A DNA stretch of 56,019 nt from Bacillota bacterium (lineage in GTDB: Bacteria > Bacillota > Clostridia > Christensenellales > Pumilibacteraceae). The position numbers were made by a program, and so were the translations under genes. The notes beneath the pieces were generated by a model. It worked only from the letters and a program-made list of their open reading frames with translations. It searched no databases and was not told the origin of the DNA. Every line of letters begins with the position of its first letter. Positions within the stretch are counted from its first letter, which is position 1. The stretch is from positions 1 to 56,019 of the forward strand of contig WQYM01000001.1 in the NCBI GenBank assembly GCA_009781235.1, written 5' to 3'. This document shows positions 9,780 through 18,406 of this stretch, piece after piece.

Positions 9780-9864
9780 GTAGGGGTCGCAAGTCCACTG
9801 TGCGGCCCGCACCTCATGAAAAAATTGATTCCGGCGGGTCGCACAGTGGACTTGCGACACCTAC
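9780..9864. repeat. REPIN-like doublet: GTAGGGGTCGCAAGTCCACTGTGCG ... CGCACAGTGGACTTGCGACACCTAC
   Basis: Two inverted palindromic units bounded by GTAGGGG and CCTAC. Confidence 0.8.
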
Positions 9865-9906
9865 GAGGCAGTGTCCTGAGAGAATGATTTTTGATGCCGA
9901 CACCTC

Positions 9907-10013
9907 GTAGGGGCGGATTGCAACCCGCCCGAAAACGCAGTGGAGCAGGCTATCATTTGGGCCAATGAAAGCGCATTTCTCATAATTGCGGGCGGATTGC
10001 CATCCGCCCCTAC
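9907..10013. repeat. REPIN-like doublet: GTAGGGGCGGATTGCAACCCGCCC ... GGGCGGATTGCCATCCGCCCCTAC
   Basis: Inverted palindromic units. The same unit recurs inside mfd at 32709-32782. Confidence 0.8.
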
Positions 10014-10040
10014 AATGGGTTTAACAGCCACCGTTTTTCG

Positions 10041-11459
10041 CTAAATTCTAAGCAGCTTTTTGATGTTATTATAGCAAATGTCCTCACAAAGCTTAAAGGC
10101 GTCCGAGGCGGAATATTCGCCCGCGTCCACCTTTTGGCCGACAAAGGTGCATAGGATGCGGCGGAAAAAGTCAAACCGCGAGTATGAGAGAAACGACCGC
10201 GAATCGGTGAGCATCCCAAGGTTTGTGCCAAGCGCCGCATATTCGGCCACGGTGGAGAGGTGCTTGCGGATTCCCTCGAGTGAATCGTTAAACCACCATG
10301 CCGCGCCGATGTACACGTTTCTAAACGCGCCCGAGATATTTGCAAGCGGCGCGATTGCGCCCGGGTTTAGGGAATATAGGATGATGGGCGAGGGCGATCC
10401 CGACGAAGGGAGAAAACTAAACAAATTTGCATAACTGCATTCGGGGCTCATAACATCGAATCCGGAATTCGAGCCGATTTCTTCCCACATCCATATATTC
10501 ACGTTACGTCGAACCGAAAAATGATACTGGATTGCTATGCCGCGCTTTTGGTACATTTGACGGAGCTTCGCCATCAGATTATAGCGCAATCCCTCTTCCT
10601 CGTCCTCGCTTAGTTTGGGAATATCGCAGGAATTCAAATGCAGCATACTGTTCCTTTTGACAAGCCTTTCAAAATTCTCCGCCGCCGACGTGTTGCTGCA
10701 ATACGCACTGCACTCCTTGGGAAAATCCGCAAACGCATGGTCGGAAATGCGGCAACCTTTTGAAATAAAGTAATCCAACCGTTTTTCGAGCGCATCCTGC
10801 AAATCGCCGTATGTCTTAATTTTAATTCCCGCCGCCCTCCCGAGGTTTTCGATATATTCGGGGATGAAAGAAAAAACCTCGTCGGGGCGAAACGTGGGCA
10901 CAACCGTCGTTTTGCCGTATTGCCCGTGATCGGCAAGATCGTCGATGGGGTCGTCGGTCGTCGCGATATATTCGACGTTGAATTTTTCTAAGAGCTTGCG
11001 GACGGAAAGGGTTTTAAGTTTTTCGTTGGCTTCGGCATAAATTTCCTCGGCGGTGTCGGCACTAAGGGGTTTTGTAATGCCGAAAACCTGCTTTAATTCG
11101 AGATGCGAAAAATAGTAAAGGGGGTTGCCAAAGAGTTTTGGCATTATTTCGGCATACTTTAAAAACCGCTCCTTCCAAGTAGTCGGCCTCGCTTTCCCCC
11201 GCTTTTCCCCCGCCGATTCAAACGACGTTTTGCCGGTAATATACCGCTCCTCCACGCCGCAAAGACGCATGGCGCGCCACTTGTAATGGTCGGAGCCAAG
11301 CCACAACTCGCCGATGTCGGCGAATTGTTTATCCGCGGCGATATCGGCTTGATTTAGGTGGCAATGGTAATCGATAATGGGCAGGCCTTTTACCCTGTCG
11401 TAGAGCGCGAGGGCGGAGTCGCCTTCTAACAATATATTATCATGAAAAAACGATTTCAT
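10041..11459 (-). CDS. uxaC: glucuronate isomerase
   Basis: The N-terminus is MKSFFHDNILLE and the IIDYHCHL motif is present. ATG at 11459 with a GGAGG RBS. The longer ORF form is rejected. Confidence 0.9.
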   Translation of the reverse strand: MKSFFHDNILLEGDSALALYDRVKGLPIIDYHCHLNQADIAADKQFADIGELWLGSDHYKWRAMRLCGVEERYITGKTSFESAGEKRGKARPTTWKERFLKYAEIMPKLFGNPLYYFSHLELKQVFGITKPLSADTAEEIYAEANEKLKTLSVRKLLEKFNVEYIATTDDPIDDLADHGQYGKTTVVPTFRPDEVFSFIPEYIENLGRAAGIKIKTYGDLQDALEKRLDYFISKGCRISDHAFADFPKECSAYCSNTSAAENFERLVKRNSMLHLNSCDIPKLSEDEEEGLRYNLMAKLRQMYQKRGIAIQYHFSVRRNVNIWMWEEIGSNSGFDVMSPECSYANLFSFLPSSGSPSPIILYSLNPGAIAPLANISGAFRNVYIGAAWWFNDSLEGIRKHLSTVAEYAALGTNLGMLTDSRSFLSYSRFDFFRRILCTFVGQKVDAGEYSASDAFKLCEDICYNNIKKLLRI

Positions 11460-11518
11460 AAAAACCTCCGGTTTTAACAGTTTCCAATTATCAGTCTCGC
11501 CTTGCAAAAGCGTTTATC

Positions 11519-11632
11519 GTAGGGGCGAGGCGTGCCTCGCCCCTAACTTTGGATGTGCGACACATGCTTTGAGGGGCATAAAATATCGTGTTCCGGCACA
11601 AACCGATTGGGCGAGGCACGCCTCGCCCCTAC
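11519..11632. repeat. REPIN-like doublet: GTAGGGGCGAGGCGTGCCTCGCCCCTAAC ... GGGCGAGGCACGCCTCGCCCCTAC
   Basis: Inverted palindromic units separated by about 65 nt, in the uxaC upstream region. Confidence 0.85.
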
Positions 11633-11706
11633 GAAATTCGGCAACAATAGCAAAACCCCTTCATGTCCGACAACTTGCCAATTGACAACTGAAAGCTTTC
11701 AACTGC

Positions 11707-12534
11707 CTACACGCCCGCGTATGCGTGGAAGCCGCCGTCTACGGGAACAACCACGCCGGTAACAAAGCCGGACGCCTCGCCCGATGCCAGCCACAAAAGC
11801 GTGCCGATTAAGTCGGAAACCTCGCCAAATTTGCGCTGCGGGGTGTGCGAGAGGATTTTTTCCGTGCGGGCGGTGGGAACTCCGTCTTTGTACAAAAGCT
11901 CACGGTTTTGGCTGGTCACGAAAAACCCCGGCGCGATACCGTTGACGCGGATGTTGCACGGCGCAAAATGCACCGCCATCCACTCGGTGAGGTTCGACAC
12001 GCCCGCCTTTGCCGCGCTGTACGCCGGGATTTTGGTGAGCGGCTTAAACGCGCTCATCGACGAAATATTGATGATATTGCCGCCCGAGCCTACCATATCT
12101 GCGGCAAACACCTGGGTCACCAAAAACGCGGTGACTAAGTTTAGATCGAACACGAACTTAAAGCCCGCCTCATCGAGCGCGAAAAAGTCCTTAACGCCGA
12201 CTAAATCCGGCGTCATCAGTTCGTTATCCGTCGTCGCCTTGGGGCTGTTGCCGCCCGCGCCGTTGATTAAAAAATTCACGGCTCCAAACGCGTCGTTTAC
12301 CGTCTTTTTTGCCGCCAAAAGGTCCTGCTTGTTTAAGCAGTCCGCTTTGACGCCGATTGCGTTTTTGCCTATCTTTTCGGCCGCGGCCTTTACGGCGGCC
12401 TCGTTGATGTCCAACAGCGCAACTTTGGCTCCGCACGCGGCCAGCGCTGCGGCAAAGTCGCTCATTAAAACTCCGCCCGCGCCGGTAACAACGGCGACGG
12501 TGCCTGAAAGATCGATTTTAAAGGGTAAGACCAT
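11707..12534 (-). CDS. SDR-family oxidoreductase (possibly hexuronate-pathway reductase)
   Basis: TGAGGVLMS nucleotide-binding motif and YSAAKAG catalytic motif. GGAG RBS. Adjacent to uxaC. Confidence 0.85.
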   Translation of the reverse strand: MVLPFKIDLSGTVAVVTGAGGVLMSDFAAALAACGAKVALLDINEAAVKAAAEKIGKNAIGVKADCLNKQDLLAAKKTVNDAFGAVNFLINGAGGNSPKATTDNELMTPDLVGVKDFFALDEAGFKFVFDLNLVTAFLVTQVFAADMVGSGGNIINISSMSAFKPLTKIPAYSAAKAGVSNLTEWMAVHFAPCNIRVNGIAPGFFVTSQNRELLYKDGVPTARTEKILSHTPQRKFGEVSDLIGTLLWLASGEASGFVTGVVVPVDGGFHAYAGV

Positions 12535-12579
12535 TGTATATACTCCTTATGGGTACTAATTATATCACACCTCTCTCAT

Positions 12580-12609
12580 AAAAAAAAGCCCTTTGCGGGC
12601 TTTTTTTTA
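12580..12609. terminator. bidirectional intrinsic terminator
   Basis: AAAAAAAAGCCC-TTTGC-GGGCTTTTTTTT, 17 nt after the stop of the GH3 gene. Confidence 0.8.
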
Positions 12610-12625
12610 TGCTTTATCAAAATAC

Positions 12626-15600
12626 TTATCCTTTCATAATACCTTTCTTAAGCAAAACGCCTAAAACCACGAAAACCACGAACGCCGCCGCCGAAAGCGC
12701 AAACGGAATCCAAACCGGCCCTTGCCATGCTTTTACGGTATTCACCCAGCCGGCGTCGCCCTCTACGTCGACCCAAACGTCAACCCAATACCGCTCTCCT
12801 TCCGTACCGCCCTTATAACTTCCGCCGACGCTCGTCCAGCCCTTGACCGACCAGCTGTCGGCGACCGAGTAGCAAATGCGGTGCGTCGATTCACGCATCG
12901 CCCACGCAACCTCGCCGCTGACATTCGCGCCGCCCGGTTGGTGTCGGTTAAGCTTTAACGTGCCGATAGTTCCGTCAGGCAAATCGTTGCCCGCAATCAT
13001 GGTGCGGGAAAGTTGCATATAATAATTCTCGTTGTCGGCGTTCCTCTCCGGGATACCGTCATGCCACCAGTCGGTAACCGTATGCCCTTGGAAGCCCGCC
13101 TCGCCGCGCAGCCAATCGGTATTAAGCGCCTTGCACGCGGGGCCGTATTCTACGCCGATGCGGTTTAAACAACCCATAATCGCCCGCGCATCGCCAAGCT
13201 CAATCGGAATCGCAAACGCGCGCAGGTAAAGCTCGCGGAACGCCTGTTCATTGAGGAACGTGTTGATGCCAAAGCGGCTCAATTCCTGCTCATTTAAAGC
13301 AAAGTGCTTGTTGTAAACCAAAACGCCCTTGGCTTGGCAGCCTCTCGACCAATAGGCAATCATGTAGCCCGCCAAAAACCCGTCCTCGCTATAGTACTCA
13401 AAGCAGCGTCCTTGGTGCGGCGTGCGAATCAGGTTGGCGCCTGTTCCGTAGATGCCGTTGTAGCCGCCCCATTGCCCATCCTCGCCGATCATGTCGCCCA
13501 CCTTTTCGGCAAGCTCGGTATTATAGGTGGCCGCCAGGATGGGGTTGGACGGGAACGCCGTCGGGTACGCCTGACGGTCGGGGTCGAGCACCGGCGTCGA
13601 GCTGGGAACATAGTAACCGTCCGCACCCTTTACATAATTCCCGCTCGCATCCTTTTGGATGCCGATTCTCGATAAGCCCGAGAATCCCGCGTGCTTATCG
13701 CCGCTAAAGTCGGAGGTGCCTGAGTCGCCATACTTATGGATAAAGCCTACCGGGCCGTTGTGGTCCAGCGTGGTGGGCTTGCCTACGCTGGCGATACTGC
13801 CGGTACGGCGCACGCCGTTAGAGAGCAGCGCCACCATCTCGGCCCATGAAATCTGGTCTAAAAAGTCCTGCCACTTGGGGTCGTCGTAGCCATAAATCAG
13901 CTTGCCGTCCTCGCCGCGTGTCGCCATTTCGGCCAACATGATTTGATTGGCGCCGTTTTGTTTGCCCATGGTGGGGTATGCAATGTCATCCCGCGGCACA
14001 AACGCCTTGTTGGTGTTTTGGTCGGCCTGCATAGCTGTGGTTCTAGTAATGACCGCCGAACAATTCTGACTACCCACCGCCACGGCGGGATTGATGAATT
14101 TTGCCGTCCCCTGCCAATTAGAGCGGGAAATGTATTCCACCCTATTGTCGTTGGCGCCGCCGCCCCTAGCCGCTTGATAGAGGTTAGGGTCGGCATTATT
14201 GAATAAGTTGGTAACCTCTCTACCCGTCACGTCCGAATACTTATACTTGGTTAAATTCTGCTCGAGCGTTATCTTGTGGGCAAAGGCCGCGGTACCGTTG
14301 GCGGTCATGCCGTTCGCGGTTGTCTTGCCTTTTGCCGCCAAGATGTTATTCAACGCATCGTGCGCGTCCTTGCCGACTGCCAAATAATAATCGCCCGCCG
14401 TAATCACGTTGGTTTTGGCACCGTACGCATCAAAGGCGGCGAAGTATTTTTCGTCCACCGTAATAGTCAGCGTTTCAACCTCGCCCGGCGCTAACACCTT
14501 GGTTTTGGCAAAGCCCACCAGCTCTACGGACGGCTTTTCGATTTTGTTTGTTTTATCGTAGTCTCCGTAGGGGCGCTGCATATAGATTTGAGCGACCTCT
14601 TTGCCGGACTTGGTTTGCCCTATGTTCTTTACGTCGACGGTCACGGTGTATTCGGTTTTAGAAATGGACCGCTCTTTATCGTTCGCCCGGTATTCCCAGC
14701 CGCCCTTGACGTTGATGGCGTTGACCGTTTTAAAGGGCTTTGCCGTGGAATCCTTTTTTTCTACCTTGTAGTTTGAGAATTCAAAGTTCGTGTAAGAACC
14801 GCCGTAACCGAACGGGTAAGCAACCACCTTATCATACTCAAAGGTGCCGGTATTGGGCGTACCCAATACGATGTCCTCGTAGCGCGTTTCCGCATAGCGG
14901 TAGCCGACGTACATGCCCTCCTGATAGGTGACGTAGCGGTTCGCCGGCGTGCCCTCATTCGTGTTCATGCGGCCCGTACCGAAATCGAACGAACCGAAAT
15001 TCGCGTAGACGGGGTTGTCCACATGCTTGTTCCAATACATGTACGGCAGCTTGCCCGAAGGGCTGGTTTTGCCCGACAAAATATCGGCGATGCCATCCAA
15101 ACCGTCTTGGCCGATGCCGCCGACCCACAACGCCGCGTCAAAATTATAGCGGTTGTCCGTCAACCAATCGAGTTCCGGAGGGTTTGAGGAGTTGATGACT
15201 AAAATCAGCTTTTTAATCGTGGTAGCCGTGCGCATGGCTTTTAACTGTCCCAGCACGCCCTGCTCCTTAGTGGAAAGCTGCAGGTACGATTTGGACGCGT
15301 TGCCGGCCGCCGTAGATTCGGACCAATCGATGATATTACGGTCCACTGTCTCGCCGCCGATGCGACCCATCACAAAAATCGCGGCATCGCAAGCGTTGTT
15401 CTTTGAGGTGCCCGGAATATCGTTCCACGCCGTGCCGCCGATGGTCGGCAAACCCGCCCAACCGGAACCGGAACCGTTGGCACGCTTTTCGGATGCCGGA
15501 CGGCCGTTATAGGCGTTCCACAGATCGTCGTTTACCCGAAAGCCTGCGGCTTTGAGCGCCTTGGGGAACGTGGGGTAATTTGCGGTGCCCGCATATGTTG

Positions 15601-16072
15601 CCCCGCCGTACGCGCCGTCGGAGCCCGAGGACGCGCCGGTCACGTACGCCTGCCCCGAGCCGACGCCGCCCCAAATGGGGATAACGGATGTGATGTCATA
15701 TAAGCTTATCATGTCGTTAGCCGCCAGCGGGAGGGCGTTGTTTTCGTTCATGAGAAGCACCGAGCCCTCGGCCTGTACGTCGCGGCTGACCTTATGCGAC
15801 GTTTCCTTTAAATTAGCAATCGTCGTATACTCCGTGCCGTAATGCGCCGTGGGTACCGGAAGGATTGTGCCCGGTTCGAAAGTGCCCTCCGTACCCGGGA
15901 TGTCCACCCAATAGCCGTCGTTACGGACGCTGGTGATGCCTAAAGCCGCGTTGATACTGCTTTCGCTGGCAAGTACGATCGGAGCCGCCGCCGAGTAAAG
16001 GCCGGCAATCCACCCGAACATCACCGTGCATATTGTTGCGATTAATGTACCTAACTTAACAACTTTTTTCAT
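12626..16072 (-). CDS. glycoside hydrolase family 3 protein, N-terminal signal anchor and C-terminal TM anchor
   Basis: KHFALNEQE and TVTDWW motifs, and an FnIII-like region (YGGSYTNFEFS). The C-terminal segment is hydrophobic (AAAFVVFVVLGVLL). Confidence 0.85.
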   Translation of the reverse strand: MKKVVKLGTLIATICTVMFGWIAGLYSAAAPIVLASESSINAALGITSVRNDGYWVDIPGTEGTFEPGTILPVPTAHYGTEYTTIANLKETSHKVSRDVQAEGSVLLMNENNALPLAANDMISLYDITSVIPIWGGVGSGQAYVTGASSGSDGAYGGATYAGTANYPTFPKALKAAGFRVNDDLWNAYNGRPASEKRANGSGSGWAGLPTIGGTAWNDIPGTSKNNACDAAIFVMGRIGGETVDRNIIDWSESTAAGNASKSYLQLSTKEQGVLGQLKAMRTATTIKKLILVINSSNPPELDWLTDNRYNFDAALWVGGIGQDGLDGIADILSGKTSPSGKLPYMYWNKHVDNPVYANFGSFDFGTGRMNTNEGTPANRYVTYQEGMYVGYRYAETRYEDIVLGTPNTGTFEYDKVVAYPFGYGGSYTNFEFSNYKVEKKDSTAKPFKTVNAINVKGGWEYRANDKERSISKTEYTVTVDVKNIGQTKSGKEVAQIYMQRPYGDYDKTNKIEKPSVELVGFAKTKVLAPGEVETLTITVDEKYFAAFDAYGAKTNVITAGDYYLAVGKDAHDALNNILAAKGKTTANGMTANGTAAFAHKITLEQNLTKYKYSDVTGREVTNLFNNADPNLYQAARGGGANDNRVEYISRSNWQGTAKFINPAVAVGSQNCSAVITRTTAMQADQNTNKAFVPRDDIAYPTMGKQNGANQIMLAEMATRGEDGKLIYGYDDPKWQDFLDQISWAEMVALLSNGVRRTGSIASVGKPTTLDHNGPVGFIHKYGDSGTSDFSGDKHAGFSGLSRIGIQKDASGNYVKGADGYYVPSSTPVLDPDRQAYPTAFPSNPILAATYNTELAEKVGDMIGEDGQWGGYNGIYGTGANLIRTPHQGRCFEYYSEDGFLAGYMIAYWSRGCQAKGVLVYNKHFALNEQELSRFGINTFLNEQAFRELYLRAFAIPIELGDARAIMGCLNRIGVEYGPACKALNTDWLRGEAGFQGHTVTDWWHDGIPERNADNENYYMQLSRTMIAGNDLPDGTIGTLKLNRHQPGGANVSGEVAWAMRESTHRICYSVADSWSVKGWTSVGGSYKGGTEGERYWVDVWVDVEGDAGWVNTVKAWQGPVWIPFALSAAAFVVFVVLGVLLKKGIMKG

Positions 16073-16074
16073 AA

Positions 16075-16521
16075 TTACGCCTTAGCCTCCGTTTTGTCTT
16101 TTTTGATTACTTTAATGAAGATTCCGGCAGTACCCGCCAGCGCGGTGATTAAAAAGAACGCCGCAGAAACGAAAAACGCAGGGTCAAGCCGTGTGGTGCC
16201 GATGTTGTTTTTGGAAACATAATTGTATGCCGTCGGCATATACAAGCACAACGCGATGAAAGCCGCAGCCCCGATGATGAAGGGTGCGGCCGGTAAGAGC
16301 CAACCCTTTAAGGAAGGCACAAACATCGGAAGCACCAAGCACGCCGCGCCCAGAATAAACCCGAGCAACAAAAACGTAAAGGCACCCCACGAGACGGCGA
16401 CCTCCTTATCAATTGCCGGAAAGATCCCCACGTACATGAGCGCGGTAATAAAGCCGAGTACCGCTACGGCGAGCGCGACGTAAAAGCCGATCGCCTTGTC
16501 ATCTAAATACTTTTTAATCAT
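16075..16521 (-). CDS. small 4-TM membrane protein
   Basis: 148-aa hydrophobic ORF, 2 nt from the downstream GH3 start. Confidence 0.6.
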   Translation of the reverse strand: MIKKYLDDKAIGFYVALAVAVLGFITALMYVGIFPAIDKEVAVSWGAFTFLLLGFILGAACLVLPMFVPSLKGWLLPAAPFIIGAAAFIALCLYMPTAYNYVSKNNIGTTRLDPAFFVSAAFFLITALAGTAGIFIKVIKKDKTEAKA

Positions 16522-16554
16522 AACTTCTCCTTTTTTTATAGTTTTTTAATATAC

Positions 16555-16587
16555 TAAGCGAAGCCCGCCTAAAACGGGCTTCGCTTA
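16555..16587. terminator. 13-bp GC-rich hairpin without clear U-tract
   Basis: TAAGCGAAGCCCG-CCTAAAA-CGGGCTTCGCTTA, located after the stop at 16598. Confidence 0.35.
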
Positions 16588-16597
16588 ATGACATATT

Positions 16598-18151
16598 TTA
16601 GTTGCCGTCGGATTCGTCGTCGGATTTAGACTCCGTCCAGACGCCCTCCTCGTAAGGCACCTCTTCCCAAACGGTATCGTCGACGGGAGCCTCCTTAGCA
16701 ACCTTTTCTACGGCCTCCTCAACCACCGGCTCGGGAGGCGGCACGTACGCCACGCCCTTTTTGGCGGCGATGTGGCGGTCGTATTCCTCTTTGATTGCGG
16801 GGAAATCGAGGAGCGCCTGCTCGCGGTCGGCCACGAGGTCCGAAACCGCCTGCCGACGCTTGGGAACATTTTCTTTGCAGACCTTTAAGTGGTCCTTAGC
16901 GTTTTTCAGCTTTTTGGTGCCGAACGCCGTGCGCTGCAGATGCTCTACCTTGGCGTCCGCTTCCTCTAAGGATTTAATCGCCGCAAAATACGCGATCGCC
17001 CTGCCGTTTAACTGCGAAGAGGATTTAGAGAGGAACTTTTCGGCATTGGAGTACTTGGCACGGATTTGAACATCCTTGTAGTCCGCCTCAGCTTTGGCGA
17101 TTAATTCGCGGGGCGCGCCCCCGGCAATCAGCGTCTTTAGTTTGGCAAGCTTCTTTTTCTCTATCTTGCTATAGTCGGGGAAGATAATCAGGAATATCGG
17201 GAAGAACACCGCCATGGAAATTCCGCCCGTGACAAAGGTCTTAAATAAGTCGATACCGACCTTCGGCCATTGCCAGTACAGCACCGCCGGATTGCAGATG
17301 CCCCAAAGCGCGTTGACGCCGATGGAGATAAGTACCCAGCCGATAAAATACCACATCGCCTGAATGTAGGGGTTGCCGTGCGAACGGAAGGTGATGTTGC
17401 GTTGCAGCGGGAAGTTGATGCATTGGGCGGTAAATACAGCGATTTCGAACGCGATAAAGTTGCCTACGCCGCCGAACGCCAACTCATAACCTTCCTCGAG
17501 GTACTGGTCTACATCCTCTTGAATGAACGCCAAGAGGTTGGGTTCGCCCTTTACGCCCGATAAAAACTGAACGGGCTCGTTAAAAATGGCATAATACAGC
17601 GTCATATCGCCTTCCCACCATGGCAGCTCGACGGCGGGCCATACGAACAATACGTCCCACGAGCCTTGGAAAGCGTACGGCAAAACGAACATGACTAAAA
17701 ACTGCCAAATCGTTACGCCCTGGGAGAACACGATGAAAAACACCAGCATGTACATCCACTTAGCGGCCGTCGGGTGCTTATCCGAAAACCCGTACCACCA
17801 CGCCAAATAGCTGCGCCAAAGCCTTTGGAAAAACGCGACAAAGCCGTTCTCGGAGAGCGGCTTAATCTGCGCCTTAATCTCGGCGGGCGAAAGCAGCGGG
17901 GCGGGCACGTACTTTTTCTTTTTTGCCGGCTCGTCCAGCGCCTTTAGCGCCGCCGTCGTCTCGACTTTGGACGCCTCCGCCGCCGCGGCTCGTTCTGCCG
18001 CCGCAGCCGCTTGAGCGGCCTCGCGCTTGGCCGCTTTTTCCGCAAACTCCGCAGCTTCGGCCGCCCGGGCCTCGGCTTCTGCCTCGGCTATCGCCATCGC
18101 TTCCATTTCTTCCATCGAAAGCTCCGGCTGTTTGACTTCTTCTTCTTCCAT
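16598..18151 (-). CDS. membrane protein with Ala/Glu-rich N-terminus, polytopic core (weakly GtrA-like) and coiled-coil C-terminus
   Basis: 517-aa ORF. The NFPLQRNITF motif resembles the GtrA family. The product call is tentative. Confidence 0.55.
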   Translation of the reverse strand: MEEEEVKQPELSMEEMEAMAIAEAEAEARAAEAAEFAEKAAKREAAQAAAAAERAAAAEASKVETTAALKALDEPAKKKKYVPAPLLSPAEIKAQIKPLSENGFVAFFQRLWRSYLAWWYGFSDKHPTAAKWMYMLVFFIVFSQGVTIWQFLVMFVLPYAFQGSWDVLFVWPAVELPWWEGDMTLYYAIFNEPVQFLSGVKGEPNLLAFIQEDVDQYLEEGYELAFGGVGNFIAFEIAVFTAQCINFPLQRNITFRSHGNPYIQAMWYFIGWVLISIGVNALWGICNPAVLYWQWPKVGIDLFKTFVTGGISMAVFFPIFLIIFPDYSKIEKKKLAKLKTLIAGGAPRELIAKAEADYKDVQIRAKYSNAEKFLSKSSSQLNGRAIAYFAAIKSLEEADAKVEHLQRTAFGTKKLKNAKDHLKVCKENVPKRRQAVSDLVADREQALLDFPAIKEEYDRHIAAKKGVAYVPPPEPVVEEAVEKVAKEAPVDDTVWEEVPYEEGVWTESKSDDESDGN

Positions 18152-18197
18152 ATGTTTTTAGGTTCCTCCTAATTTTTTGCTTGGTAACTTGGAAAAC

Positions 18198-18404
18198 TAT
18201 TGAATATTCCATATTAGACTTGTTCGGAAACTCCCTCGAACTTTTCAAAAAACAGTTTTTGAAACGTCTCGTAGGGGTCGATTTACAAATCGACCCGCCA
18301 AATGTACTTGTTTTAAAGGTTGCGGGTCGATTTGTAAATCGACCCCTACGTTGCATTTCGGTTTTTTAAATCGTGACAGGGTTTCCGAACAAGTCTATTC
18401 AATA
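18198..18404. repeat. nested hairpin: outer 24-34 nt inverted repeat enclosing a REPIN-like doublet (18271-18349)
   Basis: The outer arms are CTATTGAATATTCCATATTAGACTTGTTCGGAAAC and GTTTCCGAACAAGTCTATTCAATA. The inner units are GTAGGGGTCGATTTACAAATCGACCC ... GGGTCGATTTGTAAATCGACCCCTAC. Confidence 0.85.
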
Positions 18405-18406
18405 AG

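Noticed and set aside
9654-9860. N-terminal extension of the amidohydrolase ORF. The same issue affects 1359-1508, 11460-11507, 43778-43900, 48412-48444, 49211-49285 and 53246-53341.
   Set aside because: The extensions run through REP-like or heptamer repeats or overlap the upstream gene. Internal starts with GGAG-type RBSs match the family N-termini.
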